A stretch of 64,000 bases of DNA from an uncultured Abiotrophia sp. (lineage in GTDB: Bacteria; Bacillota; Bacilli; Lactobacillales; Aerococcaceae): positions 183,263 to 247,262 of the forward strand of contig NZ_CALLVK010000021.1 of assembly GCF_938010525.1 (NCBI RefSeq). The letters run 5' to 3'. Position 1 is the stretch's first letter. Every line of letters begins with the position of its first letter. Of this stretch, positions 1 through 9,040 are shown piece after piece. Made by a program: the position numbers and the translations under genes. The notes under the pieces are model-generated. The model was not told the DNA's origin and searched no databases. It was given only the letters and a program-made list of their open reading frames with translations.

Positions 1-2439
1 TTGGCTGAGTTTAATGTCGACATGACCTTGAGGATCTAGAATACACCATTTGTCGGCATTAGAGGTAATGGTCCCGTTCAACATGGCGTCAGCTGGCTCA
101 GAACCATCGCTAGGCCCGGATGCAAAGGTCACAGTAGCTCCTGGCACAATATTAGGTGCCTGCTCTTGTGGTTGTGTCGTATCAGACGTAGTCATTTGCC
201 AGTCAAAAGTCGCATAGCCGGCTTCGGACCGCAAGCCATTCTTGCCCACGGCCACCACTTTGAGCCGTTGAGTCGTCCCATTAGCATCCTGTGGTCGAGT
301 CACTTTAGCTAAATAAATATGGTGGTTAGATGAACCAGTCAGTAGATGCCATTTATTAGGTGCGACTTCTTGATAGACTTCATAGTAATCCGCATTGGCA
401 CTTGGTGTAAAGGCTAGATGGGCTTGTGCCTGACGGCTAGAGCTGAGTTGCTTAGACACAACCTGTACTTGGCTTGGGGCCACAGGGGCTGTTGCCGTCT
501 TCAAGAGGTCGATTTGCCCTAGGTTGAAGCGATAAGCAGCTTGATCTGTCTCACTCTCAAAGGCAAACTTAATGGCATAGATCGTTTTGCCCTTCAAGCT
601 AGATAGGTCCAAAGTATCTTGGTGCCAGTCTTTGCCTGGCGTTAAATCAAAGTAATGGAAGCTATCGGCGCTATAGTTGGCCTGGGTGGCTAAGCCGACC
701 CGGACACGGCTTCCTAGGCCACCTTTGTGGGCTAGCTTCAACTGCGTAGTCTCACCCACAGCTAACTTGGTGGCATAAAGCATGGCTTCTTCGGGATTCT
801 TAGCCCCTAAATGACCAGAAAATTGAAGTGAGTTCCCGCCGTTATAGGCATCTTCAAAGTCATAGTCACCCTTAAGGCCAGCTTCCCCATTCTTAGAACG
901 AATCCACCAACGCCAGGTTGGTAAAATACCAGACACCGACCGGTAGTTCCATTCAGAGTCTTTAGAGACTTGGCCATCTACATACCAACGTTTACCGTGA
1001 CCCGTATTGAAGCTGGTGTGGAATTGGTCGCCTAGAATGGCTGTTTTATCAGCGATGTAGCCAGACAAGCCATACCAAGTGCTATCTTCTGGTTTTGGCT
1101 TGGTTGGGTCTTGTTGCAAGCCCGTCCAGAAGTTGTTTTCTTCCCGGTGGTAACTTTCCCCGGTGGTCCCAATCCCTAGGATGGAATCCGGTGCAAAGAG
1201 CCCCAAGGAAGTCCGAAGCTTGCCTTGGTCATCTAGCAAGTCCCAGAATGGCACCTGGGTCTTATAAGAGTTCTTCTGTAATTCAAAGCCCATATAGACA
1301 TCATACTGGGAACGATTGACAGCCTTAGCGCTATTGACCGATTCATCCACTGATGCCTTACCCCAGTTGAAGTTGGCGAAGAACTCGTCGACTGGAACAG
1401 GACCTTGTGGTTTTTCTGCCTTCATATAATCGCGGTTAACTTCTGTTAAGGCGTTTTGGTGATTACGTTGGCCGTTAATATCAAAGGCATCATACCAAGA
1501 AAATTTGAGATTCACTTTTTGCTCGGCCGCATATTGTTTAGCATAGAGCATGAACTGCCGCATCTTCTCACCCTTGCCATAGAGGCCATGGCCGGTGGTT
1601 TCTTGGTTAATAAAGTAGCCATCATAGCCATAGTATTTGGCTACGTCAACTAGCTTGCGCGCGAGCGGGAAGGTGTTAGAGCCTTCTTGATCCTCTTGCA
1701 AGAACTCCAAGAAACGTTTGCGGTCAGCACGACTCGTGGACCAGTTGAAGAAGAGGGTCCCATAGACTGGCACCCCATTACGGTGGCCAGCATCAATGAC
1801 ATCAGGGCTTGGCACTAAACCATCCCAGAATACCATGGAATCCAGGTATTGCCAGTGGTCGAAGGCATAGGTCTTAAACTCCTCGCCCCCAACAGAGGAA
1901 TGGTCTTCCGCCTTGGCGTTCATATTCGATAGGGCTTGAACCTTAGCATCTGGGTTAGCCGTTGGGTTGACTACATGTCCTTGATAATGCGAAGCTAGGG
2001 GGACACTGGCCCGGTTAATTTCGTCATCCTGACGCGCTCCCGGTTGCCAATCTAGGAGTTCTTGCCAGGTTTGGAACTTCACTTCCTTTGGCTTGACCTC
2101 TCCACCTTGCTTTTGCGGTGTGTCAGGCACTTCTTGAGCAGGGGCAGGATTGGCAACTGCTTGGTTGCTTTCTGCACTCGCTTGACTGGTCTGATCTGAC
2201 TCACTGCTAGCTGGGCTTGAGGCTGGCTCTTCACTTAGGCTCGAATTGTCACTAGGGGACGTGGCAGTCTGACTGACCTCAGTTTCGGGACTAAGCTGGT
2301 CTATGGTAGCCTCTGTATCTGAAGTCACCACTTCTTCCGCCGCTACCCGAGGGGCTCCGGCCAACAACAAACCAATGGCCAGGGAAGAGGCTAGGGCTGC
2401 CTTCATCTGCCAATGGGGGGAAACACTTGTCTTGCTCAT
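1..2439 (-). CDS. Endo-beta-N-acetylglucosaminidase, GH85 family, secreted. Only the 5' (N-terminal) part lies in the window; the gene continues past position 1.
   Basis: Uninterrupted minus-strand frame from 2439 to the window edge, absent from the ORF track because there is no stop inside the window. ATG at 2437-2439 is preceded by an AAGGAG-like SD. Own translation starts MSKTSVSPHWQMKAALASSLAIGLLLAGAPRVAA (signal peptide) and contains FDHWQYLD and GYDGYFINQET, the N-x-E catalytic pair typical of GH85. Confidence 0.75.
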   Translation of the reverse strand, partial: MSKTSVSPHWQMKAALASSLAIGLLLAGAPRVAAEEVVTSDTEATIDQLSPETEVSQTATSPSDNSSLSEEPASSPASSESDQTSQASAESNQAVANPAPAQEVPDTPQKQGGEVKPKEVKFQTWQELLDWQPGARQDDEINRASVPLASHYQGHVVNPTANPDAKVQALSNMNAKAEDHSSVGGEEFKTYAFDHWQYLDSMVFWDGLVPSPDVIDAGHRNGVPVYGTLFFNWSTSRADRKRFLEFLQEDQEGSNTFPLARKLVDVAKYYGYDGYFINQETTGHGLYGKGEKMRQFMLYAKQYAAEQKVNLKFSWYDAFDINGQRNHQNALTEVNRDYMKAEKPQGPVPVDEFFANFNWGKASVDESVNSAKAVNRSQYDVYMGFELQKNSYKTQVPFWDLLDDQGKLRTSLGLFAPDSILGIGTTGESYHREENNFWTGLQQDPTKPKPEDSTWYGLSGYIADKTAILGDQFHTSFNTGHGKRWYVDGQVSKDSEWNYRSVSGILPTWRWWIRSKNGEAGLKGDYDFEDAYNGGNSLQFSGHLGAKNPEEAMLYATKLAVGETTQLKLAHKGGLGSRVRVGLATQANYSADSFHYFDLTPGKDWHQDTLDLSSLKGKTIYAIKFAFESETDQAAYRFNLGQIDLLKTATAPVAPSQVQVVSKQLSSSRQAQAHLAFTPSANADYYEVYQEVAPNKWHLLTGSSNHHIYLAKVTRPQDANGTTQRLKVVAVGKNGLRSEAGYATFDWQMTTSDTTQPQEQAPNIVPGATVTFASGPSDGSEPADAMLNGTITSNADKWCILDPQGHVDIKLSQ

Positions 2440-2602
2440 ACTTCTAACTCCTTTCATATTTGGTCTTGCTTTACCCCCATTATATGACTGCGCTTACACA
2501 ATAACTATCTCAAAACTATAGATAAATTATCAGAAATTATGGCTGTTGTATGCCACCCTCTTGACTAGCAAAGACTTGTTCTTATCTACCTCTACATAAG
2601 AT

Positions 2603-2628
2603 AAAAAACCCGCCAAAAGGCGGGTTTG
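2603..2628 (-). terminator. Rho-independent terminator downstream of the YycJ-like gene
   Basis: Hairpin cccgcc-aaaa-ggcggg flanked by an A-run and T-run; on the minus strand the hairpin is followed by uuuuuu. Confidence 0.6.
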
Positions 2629-2639
2629 AATTCAGGTGA

Positions 2640-3470
2640 TTAAAGGTACTTAAGTGGCGTCGCTAGTTCTGGATCGGTCATATGAACCTTGAGTCGACGA
2701 CCGACTTCAATATCATGTTGTTCTAGAATACCCGTACAGGTAGAGAGGGCTAATTCCTTGGTGTTATTTTCCTTACTCAAGTGGCCCAAATAAATATCTT
2801 GGGTGCTAGTCCCTAGCATATCGACCATGGCCAGGGCGCCATCTTCATTAGACAAATGGCCCTTGTCACCCAAAATCCGTTGCTTAAGCGACCAAGGATA
2901 GGCGCCATAGCGTAACATTTCAATCTCGTGGTTAGATTCAATCAGATAGGCGTTGGCATTCTGCAAGAGGCTACGAAGTCTTTCGCTGACATAGCCTGAG
3001 TCCGTCAACATGACGAACTGCTTATCTCCCTGTTGGAAGGCATAGAATTGAGGCATGGCCGCATCATGGCTGACTTGATAGGTTAAGACATCCAAGTCCC
3101 CGAAGGTCACCAACTGATCTGGTTCTAACTCGCGACGGTTGTCAGGGTCAATGGCCCCCAGCATCCCATCCATGGCTTGCCAGGTTGCCTTATTAGCATA
3201 TACTGGCAAATTATATTTGCGGGATAGAACGCCTACCCCATGAATATGGTCCTTATGTTCATGCGTCACCAAAATGGCATCCACATCGGCCACACTGCGG
3301 TCAATCTGGGCCATCAAAGATTCTATTTTCTTGCCACTCAAACCCGCATCGACCAAGAGTCGTTGGCGGTCTGACTCCACATAGGTGACATTGCCGCTAC
3401 TACCGGACGCCAAGATTGAAAATCTTAAGCCATTGGCATTCTGGCTTATTTCCTGCGCTCTTACAATCAC
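2640..3470 (-). CDS. Metallo-beta-lactamase-fold hydrolase, YycJ/WalJ-like
   Basis: 276 aa with VTHEHKDH motif. Resembles B. subtilis YycJ along its whole length (ILASGSSGN, NLPVYAN, LTDTGYVSERL, GHLSNEDGA). GTG start in the ORF track with a weak SD. Stand-alone, not next to walRK. Confidence 0.7.
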   Translation of the reverse strand: MIVRAQEISQNANGLRFSILASGSSGNVTYVESDRQRLLVDAGLSGKKIESLMAQIDRSVADVDAILVTHEHKDHIHGVGVLSRKYNLPVYANKATWQAMDGMLGAIDPDNRRELEPDQLVTFGDLDVLTYQVSHDAAMPQFYAFQQGDKQFVMLTDSGYVSERLRSLLQNANAYLIESNHEIEMLRYGAYPWSLKQRILGDKGHLSNEDGALAMVDMLGTSTQDIYLGHLSKENNTKELALSTCTGILEQHDIEVGRRLKVHMTDPELATPLKYL

Positions 3471-3593
3471 ACACTCGCCTACTTCCCTATCTTCAAATCA
3501 CACGCTATCTAAGACCCTCTGGAATTATTTCCTAGTCTCATCTCCACTGTCTAGTATACGCAAAAGGACCCTTCAGTGCTAGTAATATGCGTA

Positions 3594-3623
3594 TAAAAAA
3601 GAGGCCAGTTTGACCTAGCCTCT
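3594..3623 (-). terminator. Rho-independent terminator downstream of the fucosidase gene
   Basis: On the minus strand: gaggcuag...cuggccuc stem (one G-U pair) followed by uuuuuua. Confidence 0.5.
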
Positions 3624-3631
3624 ATATCCTT

Positions 3632-4942
3632 TTAATCCTTCAATTCAATCTTCAGTACGGCATCAATTTGGTTAGGTAGGAGATAAGTATAATGCTCCAC
3701 TTCCCCCATTTGGACGAAGGTCAAGCCTGGAAAGGCCTTGATATTCCAACTATCCGAAACCTGAAGCTCTGAGCCATCATTCAACCAAGAAATACGTTTG
3801 ATTTGATCGCGGTCAATGCCCGGCAAATAAAGGGGCCCAATCGGTTGCTCGAAGAGATGGGCGTAGATGGTCTGGCCTTTGCGCGTATAGTAGCCCCAGT
3901 CAGGTTTTGGCAGGTCTGCATAGCCGCAGCCATAGATACTTTCCGCGTGTAAATTCATCCAGTCAGAAAAATCACGCAGAATAGCCTGACTCTCGGCTGG
4001 GAAGCGACCTTGAGCAGTTGGCCCGATATTGAGCAGCATGTTGCCCTCCTTAGCTACGCACTCCACTAGCTTATGAATGAGCGTTGCCGATGATTTATAG
4101 TGATGGTCTCTAGCGTGATAGGCCCAGTTATTATTCATGGTCAAGCAGAGTTCCCAAGGGACAAAGTCCCCGGCTTCGTTACGGATGCCCTCATGTGGCA
4201 CCACTTGCTCAGGACTGACAAAGTCCCCAGCATAGTCGCTAATGGTCTCCGTTACAATACTGCCAAAGCCCTCGCCAGAAGTCTCTAGACGGTTATCAAT
4301 CAAAATCCAAGGTTGATGGCCCCGAACGAGCTCAATCAATTCTTGGGCCCGCCAAGCCTGTCCACACATTTTGCCATAAGAGAAGTCAAACCAGAGGATA
4401 TCCAATCGGCCATACTGGGTCACTAATTCTTCGACCTGACGGTGCATATATTCAACATAACGATTGAAATCTTGCCCCGGATCAGCTGCTTGGTGCTTGC
4501 GGGGATGATAAGGGTCGCCTGCATGAGGATAGTCAGGGTGGTGCCAGTCTAAGAGACTGTAATAGAGGCCAACCTTTAGTCCTTCAGCACGTGCAGCGTC
4601 AACAAATTCTCGTACCAAGTCACGGCCACAAGGGGTATTAGTTGCCTTGTAGTCCGTCCACTGACTATCAAAGAGGCAGAAACCGTCGTGGTGCTTAGCC
4701 GTCAGAATCATATACTGCATGCCTGCCGCCTTGGCCTGTCGCGCCCATTCCTGAGGTTGGTAGCCCTCGGGATTGAAACAGTCTAGGTAGCTGGGGTATC
4801 TTTCCACGATTCCTGGGTCATGGCTGTAGACCCACTCACCTCGAGCAGGAATGCTGTAAAGCCCCCAGTGTAGGAACATGCCAAAACGCGCCTGACGGAA
4901 CCATTGAGTCCGTTCCATAATTTGAGCCAGAGTCTGGGTCAT
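3632..4942 (-). CDS. Alpha-L-fucosidase, GH29
   Basis: GH29 N-terminal signature ARFGMFLHWGLYS. Start moved to the internal ATG at 4940-4942 (MTQTLAQIMERTQW...) because GGAGGTG sits 8 nt upstream, whereas the ORF-track M1 at 5005 has no SD. Confidence 0.8.
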   Translation of the reverse strand: MTQTLAQIMERTQWFRQARFGMFLHWGLYSIPARGEWVYSHDPGIVERYPSYLDCFNPEGYQPQEWARQAKAAGMQYMILTAKHHDGFCLFDSQWTDYKATNTPCGRDLVREFVDAARAEGLKVGLYYSLLDWHHPDYPHAGDPYHPRKHQAADPGQDFNRYVEYMHRQVEELVTQYGRLDILWFDFSYGKMCGQAWRAQELIELVRGHQPWILIDNRLETSGEGFGSIVTETISDYAGDFVSPEQVVPHEGIRNEAGDFVPWELCLTMNNNWAYHARDHHYKSSATLIHKLVECVAKEGNMLLNIGPTAQGRFPAESQAILRDFSDWMNLHAESIYGCGYADLPKPDWGYYTRKGQTIYAHLFEQPIGPLYLPGIDRDQIKRISWLNDGSELQVSDSWNIKAFPGLTFVQMGEVEHYTYLLPNQIDAVLKIELKD

Positions 4943-5166
4943 GAAGGCCCACCTCCAAGGTTGATAGATGATAACTTCATTTTGTGTCCTCCTAAAAATA
5001 GTCATTATTGCACATCTATTATAGCCCTAAAAGACAGCGTTTACAACAAACTTGCTAGATCCCCCTACTATTCCAATAAAACCAATACTTGTAAGCCCCA
5101 TCATTCCGGTGTAAACTAGTAGGTGTAAATTAATCTTGTCATATTAAATTCGAAGGAGTTGTCCTC

Positions 5167-5793
5167 ATGATTGTTCGTGATACTGTCCAAATGGCCTGCC
5201 CTTATTGCCAGCATGTCCAAGATTTCGAAGTTCTCTTGCTTGTGACTGGCGATATGGAGCCCCCTCTGCGTGACCGCATTATCTCTGGCGATTGGGCGAC
5301 CTTTAGTTGCCAGAAGTGTCAAAAGCAGGAACGTATCCTCTACCCTACCCTCTACGAAGGCCGCGTTCGCAAGGTCAGAATACACTACCAGCCAAACGAA
5401 GTGGAAGCCGCTCAACTCCTCAAGCAATTGCCCGAGACGGTCGCCTCTTACGGACCTGATTATGCCGACTACCAAGTCCGCCTAGTAACCAATCCCTTGG
5501 ACTTCATGGAGAAAGTAGCCATCTTCACTGCCGGCTATGATGATCGTATCATGGAAGCAGTCAAACAGGCCTTAAAACAAGCCGACAGCCTTCCTAATGA
5601 CCTAGTCGACCTCTACTTCGGACTTAACCCTGAAGGAGACAAATTGTTCTACCTCTACACTCCTTCTGGCTTGCTGGGGCTAGACTTTGATGAGGCACTC
5701 TACCAGCAAGTAGCTGAGCGGGCCCCTGAATTTGGCCAAGATCAAGTTTTTGTGGTAAATCAAGAGTGGTTGGCTCAAGAAACTTGGATTTAG
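5167..5793 (+). CDS. Hypothetical protein with N-terminal CPxC...CxxC zinc-ribbon-like motifs (CpXC-like)
   Basis: 208 aa; GAAGGAG SD 9 nt upstream; CPYCQH and CQKCQKQ pairs ~35 aa apart. Function unknown. Confidence 0.5.
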   Translation: MIVRDTVQMACPYCQHVQDFEVLLLVTGDMEPPLRDRIISGDWATFSCQKCQKQERILYPTLYEGRVRKVRIHYQPNEVEAAQLLKQLPETVASYGPDYADYQVRLVTNPLDFMEKVAIFTAGYDDRIMEAVKQALKQADSLPNDLVDLYFGLNPEGDKLFYLYTPSGLLGLDFDEALYQQVAERAPEFGQDQVFVVNQEWLAQETWI

Positions 5794-5804
5794 AAAGCAA
5801 AAAA

Positions 5805-5838
5805 AGACTGGAAGCTAGAGTATCCAGTCTCTTGTTTT
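5805..5838 (+). terminator. Rho-independent terminator after the 5167-5793 gene
   Basis: agactgga...tccagtct hairpin followed by cttgtttt. Confidence 0.55.
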
Positions 5839-6117
5839 GCGATTAGGTAACTATTTTAGTCAAAGATTGAGTAGGCACCAAAAAAATTTTCTAGAATAGG
5901 CAATTTGGGTACACGGCATCTAGTCGGTTTACTTAAGTAAATAATCCAACAATTCATTTATCCCATATTCACAGCTCAATCCTAAGCTCCTAGTCTAACA
6001 TTATCAAACATTTAAAATTGAATTTTAAATTTGAAACTCTGGTAAAATCTCCTTACTTGCCGCTAGACGTAAAGAATCTATATATTAGCTACTTGTAGGA
6101 TTATCACAAATCTATAT

Positions 6118-6984
6118 TCATATAAATTGTATGGAAGGGTGATTCGTAACTTTAATGGCGGGGCTATGGAATAGATATTCTTTTTCTTTACGTACTCTAT
6201 TTACCGAATATCTTATAGTGTACACGTAACTGGGTAAATCTTGATACAGAATTTTTATAGGCTCCTCGTAATCATAAGTCGCAATCCATTTATAGTTATT
6301 AAGCAATTCAATATGATTCCGTAGAACTTCATGGTTTTCATGAAGAAAGAAATTTTTGTATAAATTTTTACCTTGATTATAATATGGAGGATCAAAGAAA
6401 ATAAAAAGATGGTCTGCAGATTTCGATAGCAACACCTCTTTAATTAGTGTGTTTGCTTCTAAATTATAAAGATGTATTCGATTTCTAAATTTACTAATGC
6501 GCTTAATCTTTTTAGTTAGAGTATCTTTATTAAATCTACAGTCTAACGTATACTTACTTAATTGCTCTTTACCTCCAATCGGTCCCCCTGTTATTATGCC
6601 GGATCTATTAGTTCTATTTAAGAACAGTGTAGCAAAGGCAAGTTTAAAATCATACGCGTTACCATCAATTAATTGATGGTATATAGCTTTTTGCTTTTTC
6701 CACATGGAAATATCCACACAAGTATCCTGAATATAATCAATCAATCTGTGAGATTCATATAGTATAGCATACCATAAACTATATATACCTAAATCTAAAT
6801 CATTAATGATTACCTCTTCGACTACACCTGAGAATAATAACTCTAGTCCCGCTCCAAATCCACCAGAATACGGTTCACAGTATATAACATGTTCCATTTC
6901 ATTTTCGTTAATTAAATGCGAAACAAAACCTGCTAGCTGGGTTTTACCCCCTGGATACCTTAATGGCGTTTTCGTATGAGGCAT
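6118..6984 (-). CDS. DNA N6-adenine methyltransferase, D12 class (Dam-like)
   Basis: N-terminal KTPLRYPGGKTQL and catalytic FFDPPYYN (DPPY) motifs. Start set at the internal ATG (MPHTKTPL...) because GGGAGGGGAG sits immediately upstream; the ORF-track M1 at 6999 has no SD. Confidence 0.8.
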   Translation of the reverse strand: MPHTKTPLRYPGGKTQLAGFVSHLINENEMEHVIYCEPYSGGFGAGLELLFSGVVEEVIINDLDLGIYSLWYAILYESHRLIDYIQDTCVDISMWKKQKAIYHQLIDGNAYDFKLAFATLFLNRTNRSGIITGGPIGGKEQLSKYTLDCRFNKDTLTKKIKRISKFRNRIHLYNLEANTLIKEVLLSKSADHLFIFFDPPYYNQGKNLYKNFFLHENHEVLRNHIELLNNYKWIATYDYEEPIKILYQDLPSYVYTIRYSVNRVRKEKEYLFHSPAIKVTNHPSIQFI

Positions 6985-7039
6985 AAACTCCCCTCCCATT
7001 CACAATCCCTAATAGAATAACAGAATTTGCCAATTTTCG

Positions 7040-8683
7040 CTACCTTTTTGATAAATCCCATCTTTCGGGTTGGATTCCGTAGAATTCAGCTGTTTTATGG
7101 AAAACTATGCGTAAATTTTCAATAAAGCTATCTATATCCTTTGTATTACAGTTAATCCAGTCTTCGAGGACCGATTTCCACAATATAGAATGATTATTAA
7201 ACATTTTTTTATTAAACTCTCTCTGTTTTCCTTTATTGCTTTTTCTTTCTTGCTGCCTAGTTTTCAATCTCGACGCGTTCTCATCAATCTCATTACGTAA
7301 TTTTGCTAATTGCTTTCCATTATATCCATCATGATCTAAAATTGTATAATTATCACTCCAAAAACCATCAGATAGGCTATTGCTATGATTAAATGCTAGT
7401 TCTTCCGGAGACAATTTCCCAGGCAAACATATTAGATGCCTATTAAGATCGTTTTTTGATTGATCCCCATCTAATATATAGATTGAACGAAAAGTGAATT
7501 TTAGTAAAACGTCATCATTAGACAGTGTTTTAATAGTCTCTGCGGAAAACGTTGCATTTACCAAGTAAAAGAACTTCTTAACATCTAATTGTGTTTTTCT
7601 CTCCATATATTCAAAGATTAATTCTAAAAATAATCGAGCTTCTGCATCTTCTGTAAAAATGGGTATCTTGTTAGCAAAGCCTCTATCTCGGCCAACAATC
7701 TCATTAAGTTGTGTCTCAATTTTATAGTAGTCAGGATCCTGCATTAGCCTTACTTTGTTGCTATCATCAATTAGATATATGAGTTTTATTTTATCATCCT
7801 TTATGTTTTCTCTTTTTAATAACGTTAAGCTATGTGTCGTAAACATAACCTGAATTCCATAGTCTTTACTATATTCCTTTATCTTTTTTAATAACTTAAT
7901 CTGAAAAGCAGGATGCAAAGAAGCATCAAATTCATCTATAAGTAATATGCTACTGATCCCTTCTTTTTTATCAGTATGCTCTTTAAAATAATATTGTAAA
8001 GATACTAATGCCAACAAAATAATTAGAAGATTATCTTCTCCAGCGGAAATAGTATTAGAATCTATTCCGGGGGATGTGGAATCAAACTCTTGCCTAGTCT
8101 TAATCCCACCCATATTTTGAGGGCGAGAAAACTCAATCTGAAAATTTGTAAACTCATAATATAAATCACTTAACACCTTAAGCATTTCGTCCGGTAATTG
8201 TCCTGTTATTTTTTTTAAAGATTCATCTAAAAGAAACTCTCCATATGGGAAAAGTCTGAAGAGTCCAAGATAGATTACGGGTAGTTCTGGGAGCTTTTCT
8301 CCACTTTTATTACCGTACTTTGGCTTTATTGCAAAACGCATATTCTTATCTGAATTATGCCGTCGAAAGCCTAGCTTCTTATTCTCCGAATAGTACGCAG
8401 TATATAATGTCCCTGTCACACCTTTAGCTGGATCTTTGTATGTTTTTTTATCTCCTCGAGTTAAAGACTCTATCTTAGGATTAGTTAGTTTATTTAGTTG
8501 GCTAATCAATTTCATAATGGGATTACGTTTCGCAATAGGCGCCTTGTATGAGTTACTTACCAAATGCAAGATTGAACTTTTACATGTCCCATTCGTACCC
8601 GCAATAATATTTACATTTTCAGAAAAGTCAATGTCTATATTCTTTAACTTTCGGTATTTTTCTATTTGTAGTTTTTTCACCAT
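7040..8683 (-). CDS. OLD-family-like ATP-dependent nuclease: N-terminal ABC/SMC-type ATPase plus C-terminal Toprim-like domain
   Basis: 547 aa; AGGAGG SD 8 nt upstream. Walker A IIAGTNGTCKSS, signature-like ISAGEDNLL, Walker B ILLIDEFDASLHP, H-loop FTTHS. C-terminal IPIFTEDAEAR (Toprim Glu) and IYILDGDQSK (DxD) ~60 aa apart. Sits 55 bp upstream of, and co-oriented with, the Dam-like MTase. Confidence 0.65.
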   Translation of the reverse strand: MVKKLQIEKYRKLKNIDIDFSENVNIIAGTNGTCKSSILHLVSNSYKAPIAKRNPIMKLISQLNKLTNPKIESLTRGDKKTYKDPAKGVTGTLYTAYYSENKKLGFRRHNSDKNMRFAIKPKYGNKSGEKLPELPVIYLGLFRLFPYGEFLLDESLKKITGQLPDEMLKVLSDLYYEFTNFQIEFSRPQNMGGIKTRQEFDSTSPGIDSNTISAGEDNLLIILLALVSLQYYFKEHTDKKEGISSILLIDEFDASLHPAFQIKLLKKIKEYSKDYGIQVMFTTHSLTLLKRENIKDDKIKLIYLIDDSNKVRLMQDPDYYKIETQLNEIVGRDRGFANKIPIFTEDAEARLFLELIFEYMERKTQLDVKKFFYLVNATFSAETIKTLSNDDVLLKFTFRSIYILDGDQSKNDLNRHLICLPGKLSPEELAFNHSNSLSDGFWSDNYTILDHDGYNGKQLAKLRNEIDENASRLKTRQQERKSNKGKQREFNKKMFNNHSILWKSVLEDWINCNTKDIDSFIENLRIVFHKTAEFYGIQPERWDLSKR

Positions 8684-9010
8684 TCAAACCCCTCCTATAT
8701 TTGCAGTGGATATGATATTCATTACCTACTGAGAGTTCCATAAAAGACTCGAATAAAAACTCATTGTCCACATTCAATGATTAACTATATAACCTTACCC
8801 TAGTATATACCAAGAAGAATATTGTCACAATAGATCCCTCTGCGTCATTTTTAGTGGATCTATTATCTTTTTTAGCTTTCTTATATTATCTTAATATATA
8901 TACCTAACTTACTTGAATTAGTGCATATAGAGCCCTATATATCCGCCATCGATTAAAAAGTTAAATAATTCAATTATTATGATATATTTTCATGACTTTC
9001 TTTGCTGTAT

Positions 9011-9040
9011 AAAAAAAGGCTAGAACCAAGTTCTAGCCTC
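9011..9040 (-). terminator. Rho-independent terminator downstream of the SpxH-like gene
   Basis: ggctagaac-caag-ttctagcc hairpin with a T-run on the minus strand. Confidence 0.6.

Noticed and set aside
1095-2521. Several 65-74-aa plus-strand ORFs in the first 2.5 kb
   Set aside because: They lie antisense to the long uninterrupted minus-strand GH85 frame that carries a signal peptide and catalytic motifs. They are ORF-track artefacts that arise because the real gene has no stop inside the window.
8436-8732. 98-aa plus-strand ORF overlapping the 5' end of the OLD-like gene
   Set aside because: It is antisense to a well-supported CDS and is an AT-rich low-complexity translation with no SD, so it is spurious.
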